DNA of 63,996 nucleotides, counting the filler, from Choristocarpus tenellus KU-1152 (taxonomy: Eukaryota > Protista > Phaeophyceae): the NCBI GenBank assembly GCA_964200185.2. It is 8 parts of 8 records of this genome, joined end to end, with 100 filler letters (N's around TTAATTAATTAA, not from the genome) between each part and the next. Parts side by side here need not be neighbours in the genome. Positions count along the whole stretch, not along the records: positions 1 to 17,902 come from CAXNAD020000611.1; 7 more parts are not named here. One strand, 5' to 3'. Below the pieces are notes generated by a model. That model worked only from the letters and a program-made list of their open reading frames with translations. It made no database searches and was not told the origin of the DNA. Position numbers and translations under genes: made by a program. Below, one piece after another: positions 1 to 13,100 of the stretch. Within the stretch, counting starts at the first letter, position 1; each line of letters begins with the position of its first letter.

Positions 1-355
1 CTGATCTACCCCTGAACCTAGCAAAAGAACTAATGACAAGAATAGCCTCTCCGGCTAATCTTAAAGCTGCCTTTTCAAACATCCTTTCATGATCCTTGTC
101 TTGATCAAACATAAGTCCATTTTTTTTCTTCAAAACATCAAAACCTACATCGAAAGAGTCTCTGACATCACATCGAAGTGTATCTAGTAGTGGGGAAAAA
201 GGACGTAAATGAGATGTACCTCGAAAATGTTTAGGCTTGAACGACGCCCCCACCAACCATGATTGAGTGAGGGTGGTGCGCGCCAGTCGACTTTCGGCTC
301 GTTTCGTGTGCGTTTCGATTATAGTGGTGGTGTCGATCGGATTTTTCGAGCCCAT
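1..355 (-). CDS. Hypothetical protein, 5' part (runs off window start)
   Basis: ATG at 355 opens a stop-free frame of about 118 codons to position 1 (MGSKNPIDTTTIIETHTKRAESRL...HERMFEKAALRLAGEAILVISSF...). Absent from the ORF track, presumably because no stop lies in the window. Divergent from the gene at 794. Confidence 0.5.
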   Translation of the reverse strand, partial: MGSKNPIDTTTIIETHTKRAESRLARTTLTQSWLVGASFKPKHFRGTSHLRPFSPLLDTLRCDVRDSFDVGFDVLKKKNGLMFDQDKDHERMFEKAALRLAGEAILVISSFARFRGRS

Positions 356-793
356 TGAACTTAAGGCTTACATTCTTTCAATTCACGACCTGGGTTAGAC
401 GATGTGATCAAATGAAAGTGTATTGCATATATATGTGCAGGTTGCTAGATGGTCTATTATATCGTCGCATGGATGTGGTTGTTGTTGTAGGGTCCTTGAA
501 CTGGATGGACTTGTGTGGTTATTACCATATTTAGTTCTATTTCTACAATGTAGAGTAGTATCAGATTTGTTTTTCAATTTTAGACAGAAAGGATATGGTC
601 GAATCGGTTTCCACCTTATCAACATCAACAATGTTAATAGTAAAGTAGTATTACATTACACTTTGGTATATATGCGTTGTCCTATGACACTTCTCCTACT
701 TGACTTGGCTTTCGAGCCGAACCAAATGATGGTCAAGATAAGCGCCGAACGAGAAACCAAGTAGGGTCGCGCACCTGATGATCGTGGCAACTC

Positions 794-3700
794 ATGTTTG
801 GTTCACGGGGTCATGGAGAGAGATTTCCCCTATACACCAGTGAGGGTGGGTTGTGCTTGATGTTTTTCTATAATGACCTCGTTGCCAAGGTTGCTGTAAC
901 CTATGAGTTTTGCGGCTTTGTACTACAAGCAAACTTTATGCACCTTTAAGTGTAGTAGGTAAGCGCATTACAATCGAAGCGAGGTGGAAAGTGCGACAGT
1001 TGATTGAGGGCTGCCTCGTACCAACCTGTGTTTCCCAATCGCTGAGTAATCCAAAGTAATATTCGATATTAAATCTTCGTAGCACTCAGCGAGGAGTAGT
1101 TCATGGTCCACTCTCACTCGGTGTGTGTCCATGCAGCAGGCCCACACCTCCGTCGAGCAATCAAGATTTTTCGAGCAATAAACAAGACTGGTCTACAAGT
1201 TCGAGCAGGAGCTGGGATATCTTCGCCTGTGTGTGGACGACTAGAGGCTGGAAGTATGTTTAGCGTTAACAACCATGTAATCGTCAATCACCAAGAGCGA
1301 AAATTAAGAAGACTTCATGTGGTTAAGCCCTTGGTGGGATGGGTGACAGGACTGACAAAGTGGGTGGAGATGATCAATGAGGAAAAGATTCCTGTTTCCA
1401 TACCCTTGACCTCATTTCTGGAAGGGCCATGTACAGTGGTAACTACTACAGGCTTCGAGAGTCGGCGTCACGTCGCGCACGGGATGAAGGAGACCAGGGA
1501 GGAAGATAACTGCGCATTTCAACAGGTCTCACCCAGGGCACGATGGCTTCGATTTAGGTCAGATCTCGCCCATACACATTTATGCTTTCCAGTACTGTGA
1601 TTGGGACACATGGAAAGAGATCGTATTGTTGATATCTCTATAATACGGGTTGGATCATCTTAGCTTCGATAGTTGAAAAATCATGTACGTATGTTCGACA
1701 AAATAGAATAAAACTTGCTTAGATTTGGTCACAACATCGTACCTAGCTGTACCCAGGTCTATCATTGCACTAATAGTTTGCAAATGGGTGATGTCCAATT
1801 GATGCCGAGGTAGATATGAAACGAGTGCACCACAAAGTACTCAACGTCTCCTGAACATTAGGTCCAGCAACAGCACCGCATCAATAATCACAACACCTTA
1901 TGTTGGTCAGTGAGAACATCACACGTCTAACTTCTTAATGGATGCATTGCTCAATTTCTACTCCCAATTCCTTTCTTTGCAGGTCACACAACGGTAAGCT
2001 TGTCGAGGCAAACTCAAACTGCTGTTGTATTTCTGGGTCGGACTATTCTCCCAACCTCTCCTCCTCTAAGGAGCGCCCAAGGGTGACTGTGTTCATGCGA
2101 GAGCAACGATTTTTATCCCCCACGATTAGGTGTCTTGGTAAGAAGAAAGAGCACCAGGAATTTGGTGCAAATTCTCCAGGACCAGCAATGTATTGTGGTC
2201 ACGATGAACTAACCCCTATCTTGCCCAAACGGGTGGGAAAAAATACCAGACAAAACTACAATTCTCAGAAGCAGGAAGATGGCCAAGTACGGAGGAAGAA
2301 GAAGGGAACTGCAAGCCAATCAAGAATGGGTGGAAGGTGAAGTCCACAGAGTTCAGAACCTAAATTTTCCAACAAATCAGACCCTACATTGACAGAAGAT
2401 CGGAAGATATAGAAGTATACCGTATGTGAAGTGCTTTTTGTGGAACTTTGAAAAAACGTGCTGTGTATGGGTAGGAGTGAACAAATGGCTTTCTGTAATT
2501 AAAATTGTCATCTGGGGGTGCCTGATTGCCTCTGGGAATATTGTATTGATGGTGTGACATCTTCTAGAGCAGACCTGTGTGGGAAAAATGGTAAGTATCA
2601 GAAGCAGAAGTCTCATAACAGGTTGGTTGCTTTCCTCTCAACTAGATCTTTCTATTCTTCCAGATTCAGGATGCCTCATTGTTGTCAAGTACTCTGCCTA
2701 GTAACGATCTTACACTCTGTTTTGTAAGTTCATCTCACAAGGCATTCTGTTGCTGATGAATCGTACTTCATACACAAGCTGCAATTTTGATTACAATACT
2801 CCTATACTGGTTTTCAGTTGAACAACATCCCTTGAGGATAATGTTCCCATCAAGTATAGTAGATGCAATATAGAAGTATGATGAAAAAAACACTGGAGAA
2901 AAAGAGAGTAAAGTCGTCACAAGTAAATTTAGAAAATTGCACCAATGGAGACCTTTTGTAACACTTGTCCACAATGAACAAAACAAACATTGTGCATTCA
3001 CAAGCAGAAGAAAACTGTGAGATACTTCCCACATGTTATGTGCCAGAAAATGTTACGGACACTTATGAAACTGTTTTCTCAAAGTATGGTGTGACTATAG
3101 ATGTATGTGGTTGATCTAACCTTTAAAAAGGTCCAAGAAAGCATGAAATATAGGACCAATTCATTAAAGATCTGTGTGCTGCTAAAATGGAGTGACACTG
3201 GTTTGCCTATCCAGACAGGAAAAAATGCAATTGAGAGACGGCCATTTTGAACACCAACAATAACCACACAGTTTCACACACAATTGTCATGCCAATTATT
3301 TCACTTCCAACATTACAATTCTTGACTTGACTTCCTTTGACCTACATGTTGCACTGTTTCAGATTTCACCAGAAAGAAGAGGCGGCTGCCTACTAAATTC
3401 CTGTTGTTTGAAGCAATAACTAACACAAAGACAACAAAGTCTTCACACAGTTCTCGCCCCCCAATTGATGTTCTCAACTGGCTGCTACAAATAGTCAATA
3501 TCGTCATAAGCCTCGACCACTATATATCTACTTGGAAATACAAAAATAGAAAATGAATATATATATATATATACATGTAGATTACAAAAGGCAAAAACTG
3601 TCAATTATAACTATACCTTCTTGATGGTGCACTTGTGTTAGGCAATCACATACTGCACAGTTCTACATAATCTAAATTCAAACCTCAGAAATATTTGTGC

Positions 3701-4338
3701 AATATATTGCATATCTCAGGAACTTCTGGATGACAGCAGAACAAACAAGGAGTGGGGTTATGGCACGGAAAGACATTGCAAACAATTTGGGTCCAGCATC
3801 TGTGGGAATCCATGAGCGTGAAGTGGCAGACACACAGATTCTTGGACCAAAGGCAGGCAAGATGGGAACTCTGTTGATGCGCCCACTGATGTCAAGTCCT
3901 CAAAGATCCTGTTGGCTTGCTCAGGGAACGGGATGCAGCTCACCCGGACCAGTCCACTGTCCTGCTCTACAATTATGCAGGACAGGTTCTCCTGTATTTG
4001 CATCTCCCATTGCCGTGGATACAAGAGTGTGGGAAAAGCAAAATGAGTGGTCCGGTACAGGGGAAGAGACCAAAGAGAAGAGGAGGTCCAAGGCTTCCCA
4101 AGTTTTACTACGATGGCCAGATTTCGTTCATGACAAGTTCAGTGGTGGGTTCCAGAAGCATCAAGGAGCAGACAGCCCTGGACCTGGAGGGGTAAACATT
4201 ACATCACATGACCCGTTCAGGAAATCATCATTCCTGAAGATCGGTGTGTGCCGTCCCCCTTCCCCCCCAGTCACTATCAAGAAGTCGCACCGAAAGGCTT
4301 TGTCTGTCAAAGCGAGGAAAATTAGGAATGGAAACTAG
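794..4338 (+). CDS. 4-exon protein with N-terminal SH3b-like motif and several (S)PGP motifs resembling SHIPPO/ODF3-STPG sperm-tail PG-rich repeats
   Basis: Exons 794-845, 1140-1557, 1983-2336 and 3720-4338 join GT-AG with consistent phases (1,2,2). GLQVRAGAGISSPVCGRL...PLVGWVT is SH3b-like; NSPGPAMY, SSPGPVHC, DSPGPGGV and DYSPNLSSSKERP are SHIPPO-like. Confidence 0.65.
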
Positions 4339-4761
4339 GTCATCAAGCCCAGGGTTGGGTAGATGATGGTCCAGTAGGCAACAACTACAACAGTGCCATC
4401 ACTTCAGCAGCTCTGGCAACAAAGCATTATTTTGGTCTAGAATACGGTGATTGGCAATATTAATTCAACTCCAGAGAAGATACAGGCAGGATGTGCCCGT
4501 CCCCAGTGTGTGCGCATGGAATATGTAGGTTCCTACATGGCACTCACATCTCAATGATATCTAACCCTCTCTCCATAGTCATTCCTTTACTATCGCATCT
4601 TTTATGGAGATGAAGCACTTCAGCAGAGACTTCCAATCATATACTGCAACACGAAAACTTCCTGAAGTTGGTTTCTTTCTTCAAGTGGGTTCTTAATATT
4701 GTCTCCAACCTATGATTGCAAACCTGGAAAAAATAATTGGCGAAGATGCAGCAAGCAACTA

Positions 4762-5028
4762 TTATTGCTCGTTCCCTCGCTCCCTATAGTTTCCCTTCCA
4801 TCTCCTTGTCTCCATATCCCAGTCAGGGTCCCGACCGACGTCCTTGCTTCCTGAGTTCATGAAAGGCCCTCGTTGAATCTGCGTTCCAGTTAGTCCCTCT
4901 TCTGAATCATAGAGCGACTTCTTGGCTCTTCGTCGCACAACAAACGGAACAGAGGCCATGATACCCGCAAAGCTACAGATTATGCCCGCAAGAGCCAAGT
5001 TTTTGCCTCGTGTACTCCTCCACATCAT
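4762..5028 (-). CDS. Small (88 aa) intronless single-TM protein of unknown function
   Basis: MMWRSTRGKNLALAGIICSFAGIMASVPFVVRRR is a TM segment flanked by basic residues. It is followed by LTGTQIQRGPFMNSGSKDVGRDPDW, a motif I recall from small conserved algal/protist proteins (unverified). Confidence 0.72.
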   Translation of the reverse strand: MMWRSTRGKNLALAGIICSFAGIMASVPFVVRRRAKKSLYDSEEGLTGTQIQRGPFMNSGSKDVGRDPDWDMETRRWKGNYRERGNEQ

Positions 5029-5199
5029 ATTTGCTCCCAGTACATATAGAATAAAGTGGTGTGGTTGGTGTCGATGACAAACGAAGAATTGTTCAAAATA
5101 CTTCAAAATTTATAGTACGTTGGAAGGCTTGGTGAAGAGTATACAACAGCACAACCTAAACCCACACTCCAGAAAGTAGGTTGTACCCTGTTTGAAGTG

Positions 5200-8100
5200 A
5201 TGGTGCTCGTAATGCCTGAGGGTCGTTCCGGATCGGTGTGCTTTCGTGCATTAGTTATGTGGCTAGTGACGGGCGGTCAGATAGCTGCTCCTGTTGTAGA
5301 GGGCTTCTTAGCCGTGGGACCTCTCAAAATCCCGTCTTCCTCGTGTGTTCAGGGTTGCGCCGAGTTCAGACTCTGCGTCAGTGCTACTTCTTATCCACTT
5401 TCCTCTGAACAGAAAGACGATCAGGTTGGCATTGGGGCTAGCTATCTTGTCTGTCGTCTTGTGTCGCGATCGGTGCACTGATACATATGGTAGAGTGGGT
5501 TTTGGTCCACACAGATATTGTGAATGGGTCGTCTTTACTCAGTCCCGATGAATTTGCTTTCACTCCATTGTTTGCTTCATGAAAGTGCGATGTTACAGAA
5601 AAAATCGCTGGTAATATTGCACACCCTTTCGCTGTGGTCTTTATCCAGGAGCAGGTCGAGGGACATGAGAGCTCAATCCTGAAGGTGGAGAAAGGGGAAG
5701 AGGGGAGTAGACTAGACGCGTTTCTTACTCAACGAGCCCCGAAGAAATCTCGAAGCTACTTTGGTGGATTATGCAAGGACGGCCTTATTAGAGTGGATGG
5801 CAAGGCAGCCAAGAAGAGCGTCAAGTTGGAGTTGGGGCAGGTGGTTGAAGTTCCCTTCGTCATCAACCCCACGATATCGGTCGGACCAGAGGACATCCCG
5901 TTGGACGTGAGAATCAGCAGGGTTGGAGCATGGGAACACTACTTCGATTCGGGTGCAATGCAGACAGTGCTGTCAATACTGGGAAAGCGAAACCTGATCC
6001 GTCGTGCCGTAGTCTTTTGTCCCAGTTGCAGTATCAGGTAACATCAGTTAGGATCAACCGTTCGGATTGCCAGTTCCCAGAACTGAGGCAAGTGCCATGA
6101 ACCCAAACTGTTTAGTCTCATTTCATTTTTCTCTTCAGGAAAGATGGAAGCCCTTGCCCGAAATGCTCTTGTGGGATGTTGGAGATGAAAGGGTTGTTGA
6201 TGGGGTGAACCCTTTTCCCTTGATCTACTTCTTCTAGGTGGAGACAAAAACACACTGTGCGAGGGACATCATGCGAATTCGCATCATGAATCCATCTACT
6301 AGTCCGTCCCCCTGAATAAATTCCAGCATCGTTTCCAGCCGCATCCCACCTGATCAATATCCTGCTTGTCTGTTGCTTCTCCTCTGTCTAATTGAAACAT
6401 GTTATCCATTGACCACATGAAAGATCATCTATGAAGATGAGGACATTATTGCTATATCAAAGCCAGCAGGGATGGTGGTTCACCCTGCCCCTGGCAACAT
6501 GAATGGTACATTTGTAAACGCTCTTGTCCACCACCTTCAACAAAACTGTGAGGATGAGGATATGTTAGAAGGAGGCTCTCGCTGGGGGGACAGCGATGAG
6601 TTGGATGCGCTGGAGGATGATGGGGAGGGAAATGCTGCCCACCGGCCAGGCATAGTACACCGATTGGACAAGGGCACAACGGGTGTACTGCTTGCTGCCA
6701 AGAACCTTGCTATGCAGGTCAAGCTGTGCGATTTGTTTGCTGCTCGGGAGGTAAGAGCAAAATAGAGAGGACTACTGGAGTATATTCTTAGGCAATAGAT
6801 GTAACAACTCATATGGACCAGGGTTTGCCCTTGCACCAACCTCAGTGGTATGTTGCAATATCGACATGAAAATTATTGTCGAAGAGAGCTGCTGAATCTG
6901 TGCCTTGGCAGTTGGGCCAGCACATTCCCCTTCCTCATGACGGCCTTGAATTCTCCTCACTTGTGGTAAGGGTTTTGTCGTGTTCTATAACAACTTAGGG
7001 TTAGGGTTAGGTATGGAAAGAGTTCTCTCCAATAGTGCTCTGTATATTGAGATCTAGAAACTTCATTTGGGAAAGCAGGGTAACGCTGCAAATTCCAACG
7101 TGTTCAACGGAGGTCCTTTTTGGGGGTCATATATATTTTTTAATAAATGTATGACAGCACCATTTGAAATATTAATAGACTGGACTTTTCAGCACATATG
7201 ATGCATCGTTGTACGTCGACAGGGAGAGAATAGACAACTAAGTCTATCATTCTGAGTTGTAAAACAACCATGTCTCCAGACCACCCTATCACATACTGTA
7301 TCAGTCCCAGCATAGCTTTGCCAATAACACTCTCACCCACCCCCATCCGCCTTGCCCATCCACAGTAGTTGATCCTTATTTGTGCCAAATTTTCTCCGAT
7401 GATCATGTCTCGTGAATTGATTGGTCAAGGTCAAGAAAAGTTACCTCACAGTTTGTGTGGGGAACCCAGGACAGGATGCAGTGATAGATGTGCCCATTGG
7501 TCGCCATCCTTTCAAGCGCCAGCGCATGGTGGCAGTCCCAGACGTTCGGCTACAGCCCAATGTGAAGTCCACCATCCATGTGCAGCCAAATGTGAAGACT
7601 AGGAACGCCCTCTCAGTAGTGGATACCGTGGCATTTGATGGAAAACTCAGTGTGGCCAAGGTGGCCATTGAGACGGGACGAACACATCAGATTCGGGTCC
7701 ACCTGCAGGTGCTTCGCCTCACCTGTTGTGAGATTTATTTCTGTAGCGCTTTCCATTGCAATGCCCTTTGGCCTTGTCAGTTGTGGTGCTGGCCTTTGGT
7801 ATGAGCTTCTAAGTATTGGATTGATTATCATCATCAGTACCATGAGCGCGTGTGTGTATGTGTGTGTGTGTGCGTTATCACCTCATTTCGTTGTTCTTCA
7901 CATATCGCTTTTTCTGCGAGCCCAGAAGAACTGTATGTTGGGAAACCAGGTAGCTCCTACATGGAGCCCCTGTTAGAGTTGCTTTTTATGAGTTCGAGTG
8001 GGGGCTCAGTGTCAATGAGAACACTAAAATGACACTTTGGAGAAGCCCCCGAAACCCATGAACTTGTAACACGATCTGTCTCTTCTTACTCATTGTTGCT

Positions 8101-8571
8101 GTTTGTAGCAGGTGAACAAACGGCAGCCGTGCAGCCTACGCTATGTGTTCAAGTTTCTTGTGTTTTTATTGGTGTATTTTATGGAAAGTTTTTTAGGGCT
8201 GTAGATTTCGTCCAGCACCACAGTATCAATCAAGGTAGTGCCACCCTCTTGTACCCTAACCCTAAACCACCGAATTTTGTTGCTCAATTTCGTCACACTA
8301 TTCATTTCCTTCCCCAAACTCACAGCACCGACGGACTCCAGTGTTAGGGGATGATGTGTATGGGAACAACGATTGGAATAAGAGGCTCCTCCAGAGCACC
8401 GGACTAGCACGGCCATTACTGCATGCATACTCTCTTGAATTCAAGCACCCATTGACAGGGGAGAAAATAATGCTGTGTGCTCCACTTCCTGCAGATGTAT
8501 CAAAGATTGTGGAGAAGATTTACCCTCAGGTGAGAGACTCGGATGCCAGTGATACGTCGCCTGTGCAATGA
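5200..8571 (+). CDS. rluD: RluA/RluD-family RNA pseudouridine synthase with S4 domain, probably plastid-targeted
   Basis: Exons 5200-5424, 5649-5906, 6424-6750, 7430-7708 and 8326-8529, all phase 0; the last exon or stop is uncertain. Motifs: S4 RLDAFL..SRS, IPLDIIYEDEDIIAISKPAGMVVHP, catalytic HRLDKGTTG, ETGRTHQIRVH, PVLGDDVYG, LHAYSLEFKHPLTGE. The N-terminus is signal-like and ends VEG-F. Confidence 0.92.
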
Positions 8572-10136
8572 AAAATTATGGTTTGAAATTTTGTTGGGTT
8601 GGCTGTACGGACCAGAGCAACGTGCTGCCCGATACTATACCATGGCCCCAAAATCTCTTGCTTTGCATTTGTAGTTTCTGTAGCACTTAGAACCTTGGTT
8701 GAGACCCACCCACAGGCCTCTGCAAGAGGGAGTGTGTTGCTCGCATGTGAGTGTGTTCAGATCGGCCTATTTTGTTAAGTAAGGGATGGCCTCCAGTCTC
8801 CTGGCTCTAGTGCTGCTTTTTGCTTTTGCTTGGGAAGTAAGTAGTTGCATCAATGTAAAGAGGGATATGTTGCAATGAAACTGGTTCGAGAGCATGTCGA
8901 TCTTACCTTCATCACAAATGCGACCCACTCGAAAATGAAATCGTTTCCTGGCAGGTTCATGAGGAGAATCCAGAATGGGTGGGGGGTGCACCAAAGCCCA
9001 AACCAGAGCCAGAGCGCATCCCAATTCCAGGGGATGTCCCAGAGAGCCTCAGAGACTATTCTATCTGCTAACCAAGTAGTTGCAAATTTTGTATAGGTTA
9101 TGTCAACCTGTGTACTATGCTTGTGCAGTACATGAGCTTCCTATATACCTTTGAAATGAATATGCTATCATTTGTCATTCTTAAGGCTCAGCCCTTGACA
9201 ATGGGATTCGTTGGAGTTATACTTGGAGTATTTAATGACTGCAACAGCATAGGAGTACCATGCTGTACACGTGTTGTGCTTCACAAAGGTAACTCTGCAG
9301 CAAACTGATATGTTTTACAGTGATCTATGGTAGAAACTTGTCTTTTGCTGCAAGATGTGAAGTGTCAAATGCAATCACAACCTGCTAACATGAGGTGCAT
9401 TTCCATACAACACTCACCCCATGGGAACTGAGGATACCACAGTCTTGCTTGCTGCCACTTGAGATATATAGATTATAATGAGTATAATCGTTTCTCATCC
9501 CTCTTGCAACTTCAACGATGGAGTAGGCACTCCAGATAGTTGAAAGTCTATCTGTAGCAGTACAAACTTGAGGTAAACAGTTTCCACATTCAATGAGTTG
9601 AGTAAATTGCAGTGAAAAAATAGTATGCAAATGAGGCTAGTCTGATGAAGGTGGCAAGAAGCCATTGACCTCGAAGTCACAATCATAGTTAATACTTGTA
9701 GCACAATGGTAACACAAGGTAAGGAGTTAGGAACTAGAACTTTTGGAAGGTACATTCAAGGGTGAACCTTATGGTGACCCTCTTACATCACGGATACACT
9801 TTAACAGAAGAGTGTACGTATCAATGGCGGTCGGTGTCCAGGTGATGTCCTTATGTGATGAATGATGCCACCAAGTACAATGTTAGATGGCCAAAAATAG
9901 CTTTTCTTGTTGTACGATGAGGATCATACTTACATTTTACTTCAAAATTTTACTTTGCTTCATTGCAACTGATGGCACTCCAAGAAGCACACACCATAGT
10001 TTTACAGCACAACATGCCAGTGGTGATGCCACACATAAATGGTCCCAGACCCTCCTTTAATCACCATGCCACGATCAATATATGAAACCCCTTCCGTTAA
10101 TCTGTTCTGGCACCTGACAATGTCCACCTTCCTCCC

Positions 10137-13100
10137 CTATCCCTCAAGTTCTTGCCCATCCCCTCCCCCTGAAGTTGCAGTGCTATCCATTCCCCCCCGC
10201 ACCCCACCACTCCTGGCACCTATGTTCTCACTGGGGGTGGGGAGCTCCACACTGTCACCTGTGCCTACTTCCACTTCATCTACTTCGATTCCTGGTGTTG
10301 AATGAGTCGGTTCCCCGTCAACTTCACATTCATCGCCCTTGGGGTCACCTTTGTCCACCTCCAAGTAATCCTGGGCCATGGTCTTGGCCTTTTCCAGGGC
10401 CCAGTCTGACTGTAATGTGCTGAGAGCTATCCTCAGCTGAGGGTAAGGATGGCAAAGGCACAGTGTGGACAGAAGTAATGGGGAACGAGGGTAAGGACAT
10501 GAACCAGACAGCATATAATAGGGCACAAATAGCTCAAAAACCACTGAAGATGAGATCTGTTCTGGACATGACTGTGTAGTCTCATGCGGACTCGTGGTGA
10601 ACAGCATGACCTAGCTGTCTCTTTCTGCTCCCCATAGTTCAACTCCCCCCCTCTCTCACAAAGCTTGCATCCATTGATGTAGATGCCCAGGGCAAAGTGT
10701 TTATCACAGCTCTTGATGCAGGAGGGTCCATTATACCAGGTTCGATAAGTGTCCACGTTATCAAAGGCACCAGTGCTCCTTTTGTCTGATTTTCAAGGGG
10801 CAATAGCAATCGAGGAACAGGGGTACACATGGGATCGGCCTAGATTTGTACAGAGAGTACACAGGGAACAACTGACCTACACATATACATTAGTTGAAGT
10901 ATAATCTAGTAGGGTCTCACGAGCAGTAGAACATCTTCCTTTGCTGCCCTCAAGTATTGAACAACAAAAATATACACTTGAAGACTCCGATTGGATAGTT
11001 GCTTACCAGTCGAGCCAATGACAATACTAAAATGAAGTGTGCTGTATAACTTGGACCCTAGCCAGTAATCCTCAGCCAAGGGAGAAACTGCAGGAAAGCA
11101 AGGCACTATCTCTAAAACACAGGATTAAAGGAAGTTCACACTTCTAATCACACACACACAACCTGTACAGAACGAATAATTCCTCAAAATTCCAACAAAC
11201 TAGGTCTACTAACTACTACCCTGGTCCCTGTGGAACCAGACCAAGGATGCCCCAGCTCATCCTGCATTCGGCCCCTTGCATTCCAAACCAAATCTTACAT
11301 ATGGTTGTCGTACGATGTAGCTCAAAAGCTTGGCAACCTCTATGTCCATCCAGTCTGTTCCAGTCAGCAGCCAGGTCACCAATCCCCGTGTTAGGTGAAT
11401 GGAGTGCGATTCAGTCTGCTCTAACCCCAGTGCGTTGTATACCAGGTTCCTTATCCCTTGCGAGAGACCAGGATTCTGCTCACAATACAGACATGGCAGG
11501 ACACAGGAGAGTAGTAGAGGTGGAAACAGAACTTTGGGCCAACATCTGATGAACAAACCAACAAACTCTACTTGTTCCCCCGCATGACAAACATGGTATG
11601 CACAAGGACTGAACCTTGTCTTGACACGCATGTCAAAATGCCACAGATCTTCACTGCAAACTCAGTTGGTACAGGTTTGCACTGTCAACACCCAGGCAGG
11701 AAAACACTACCTTGAAGACAGAATCGAGTACTACGCCAGCCTTTCCTGGTAGTTCTGGATCTCTGAGAACCTATGGGCAATGGGAGGAAACGAAGATATT
11801 GGGAAAAAAACATTGAACGTCAGGTAAGAATATGGAAACGGTAAAGAACTGCCTCTTCTAGGCCTCTAACGTAAAGTGCTTCAATCACACCATTATAAGA
11901 CTAGTAGTATCACCCACTGCATTTGATATTTTATTCAAAAACCACACTGCCTTCATTTGTCTGAGTTCTACTTTCTCCTGGGTTTTCGCAGTGATAAAGC
12001 ACCTTCAAAAGGAAGTCTTTTGCGTATGCTTCTGTTGCTAGCTTTTGGCATCGTAGCTCCTCTGCTGCAGCTTTGGCCAGCTGGTTCTGAACAAATTCCT
12101 GCACAACCCAAGACGGATATATGTCAGAGGAGGTAGAGATGGGGGATAGTACGTAGGAGAGCCAAGGCACATAAGGTGGGGTGTCAGGAGACTTTAGGAG
12201 GTACAATGGAACCGTAAAGCTTCATATTTTATCCAGTTGTCCTCAAAATATTCTTGCCCAAGAGCCAGGGACACATTAATAGCACTGCACTAAGGCTAAC
12301 AAGAAAAATTTCGGGGGAGAAAGGTAAGGAGCTCAGACTGCGACACCTGCACTGCCTGTACCCCCTCCTCCTGCAAGATGGCCATTGCTAGCTCCTGGGT
12401 GTCTTCCTCGACATCCAGTGCTTCAAGAAGCGCCCTGAAATGCTCTATAGCTTCTCCTTCCTCCACCTCTTTCCCCTCTAGCTGCGGCTTGAGCTCTCCC
12501 ATCCTCTTGCCTACCTGTCTAACCGTGTTGTGTCTAGGCAAAAACAGAGGCATGAGACGGAGTGTACAGTGAGGCATCTGTGCACAACTCGTATTTGAGG
12601 AGAAAAGCAGTATACTTGCCTAGGAGGGCTACAGCATGTAAAGAAGATTTGAAGTAAAGACACATTATAATGCTGAATACTAGAAATCTGTTTCAAGGCA
12701 ATCTGTTCTTGGCTTGGAAAGAGGTAATTTAAAACTGAATTAGTGTACCTTAAAAGAATTAGGGGCGATCATGTCGAAAATCCATGCCTCCTGCAGCATC
12801 GAAAGTCACCTAACCTAGAAATATCTCGTTCTCTGCCTTACTAAACGCCAGCGTGAGCCGTGCATCCAGGATGAATACACAGCTTACGCTGAAAGATACT
12901 GGCATTCAACAGCTCTTCTACTTTGCAGATGGGAGTTGAAAACTACACGATATCTATTGACCGTTGCCTGAGTTTCATAATGCAATCTTTTCTATGTGTG
13001 CAAGTGCATTGTGTTCCCTCCAAAGGGGCGAAACTTAATTATATTAACAAGTGTCGAAGAAATATCATAATGGGTTACTCTGCACCTTTATCATCATAGG

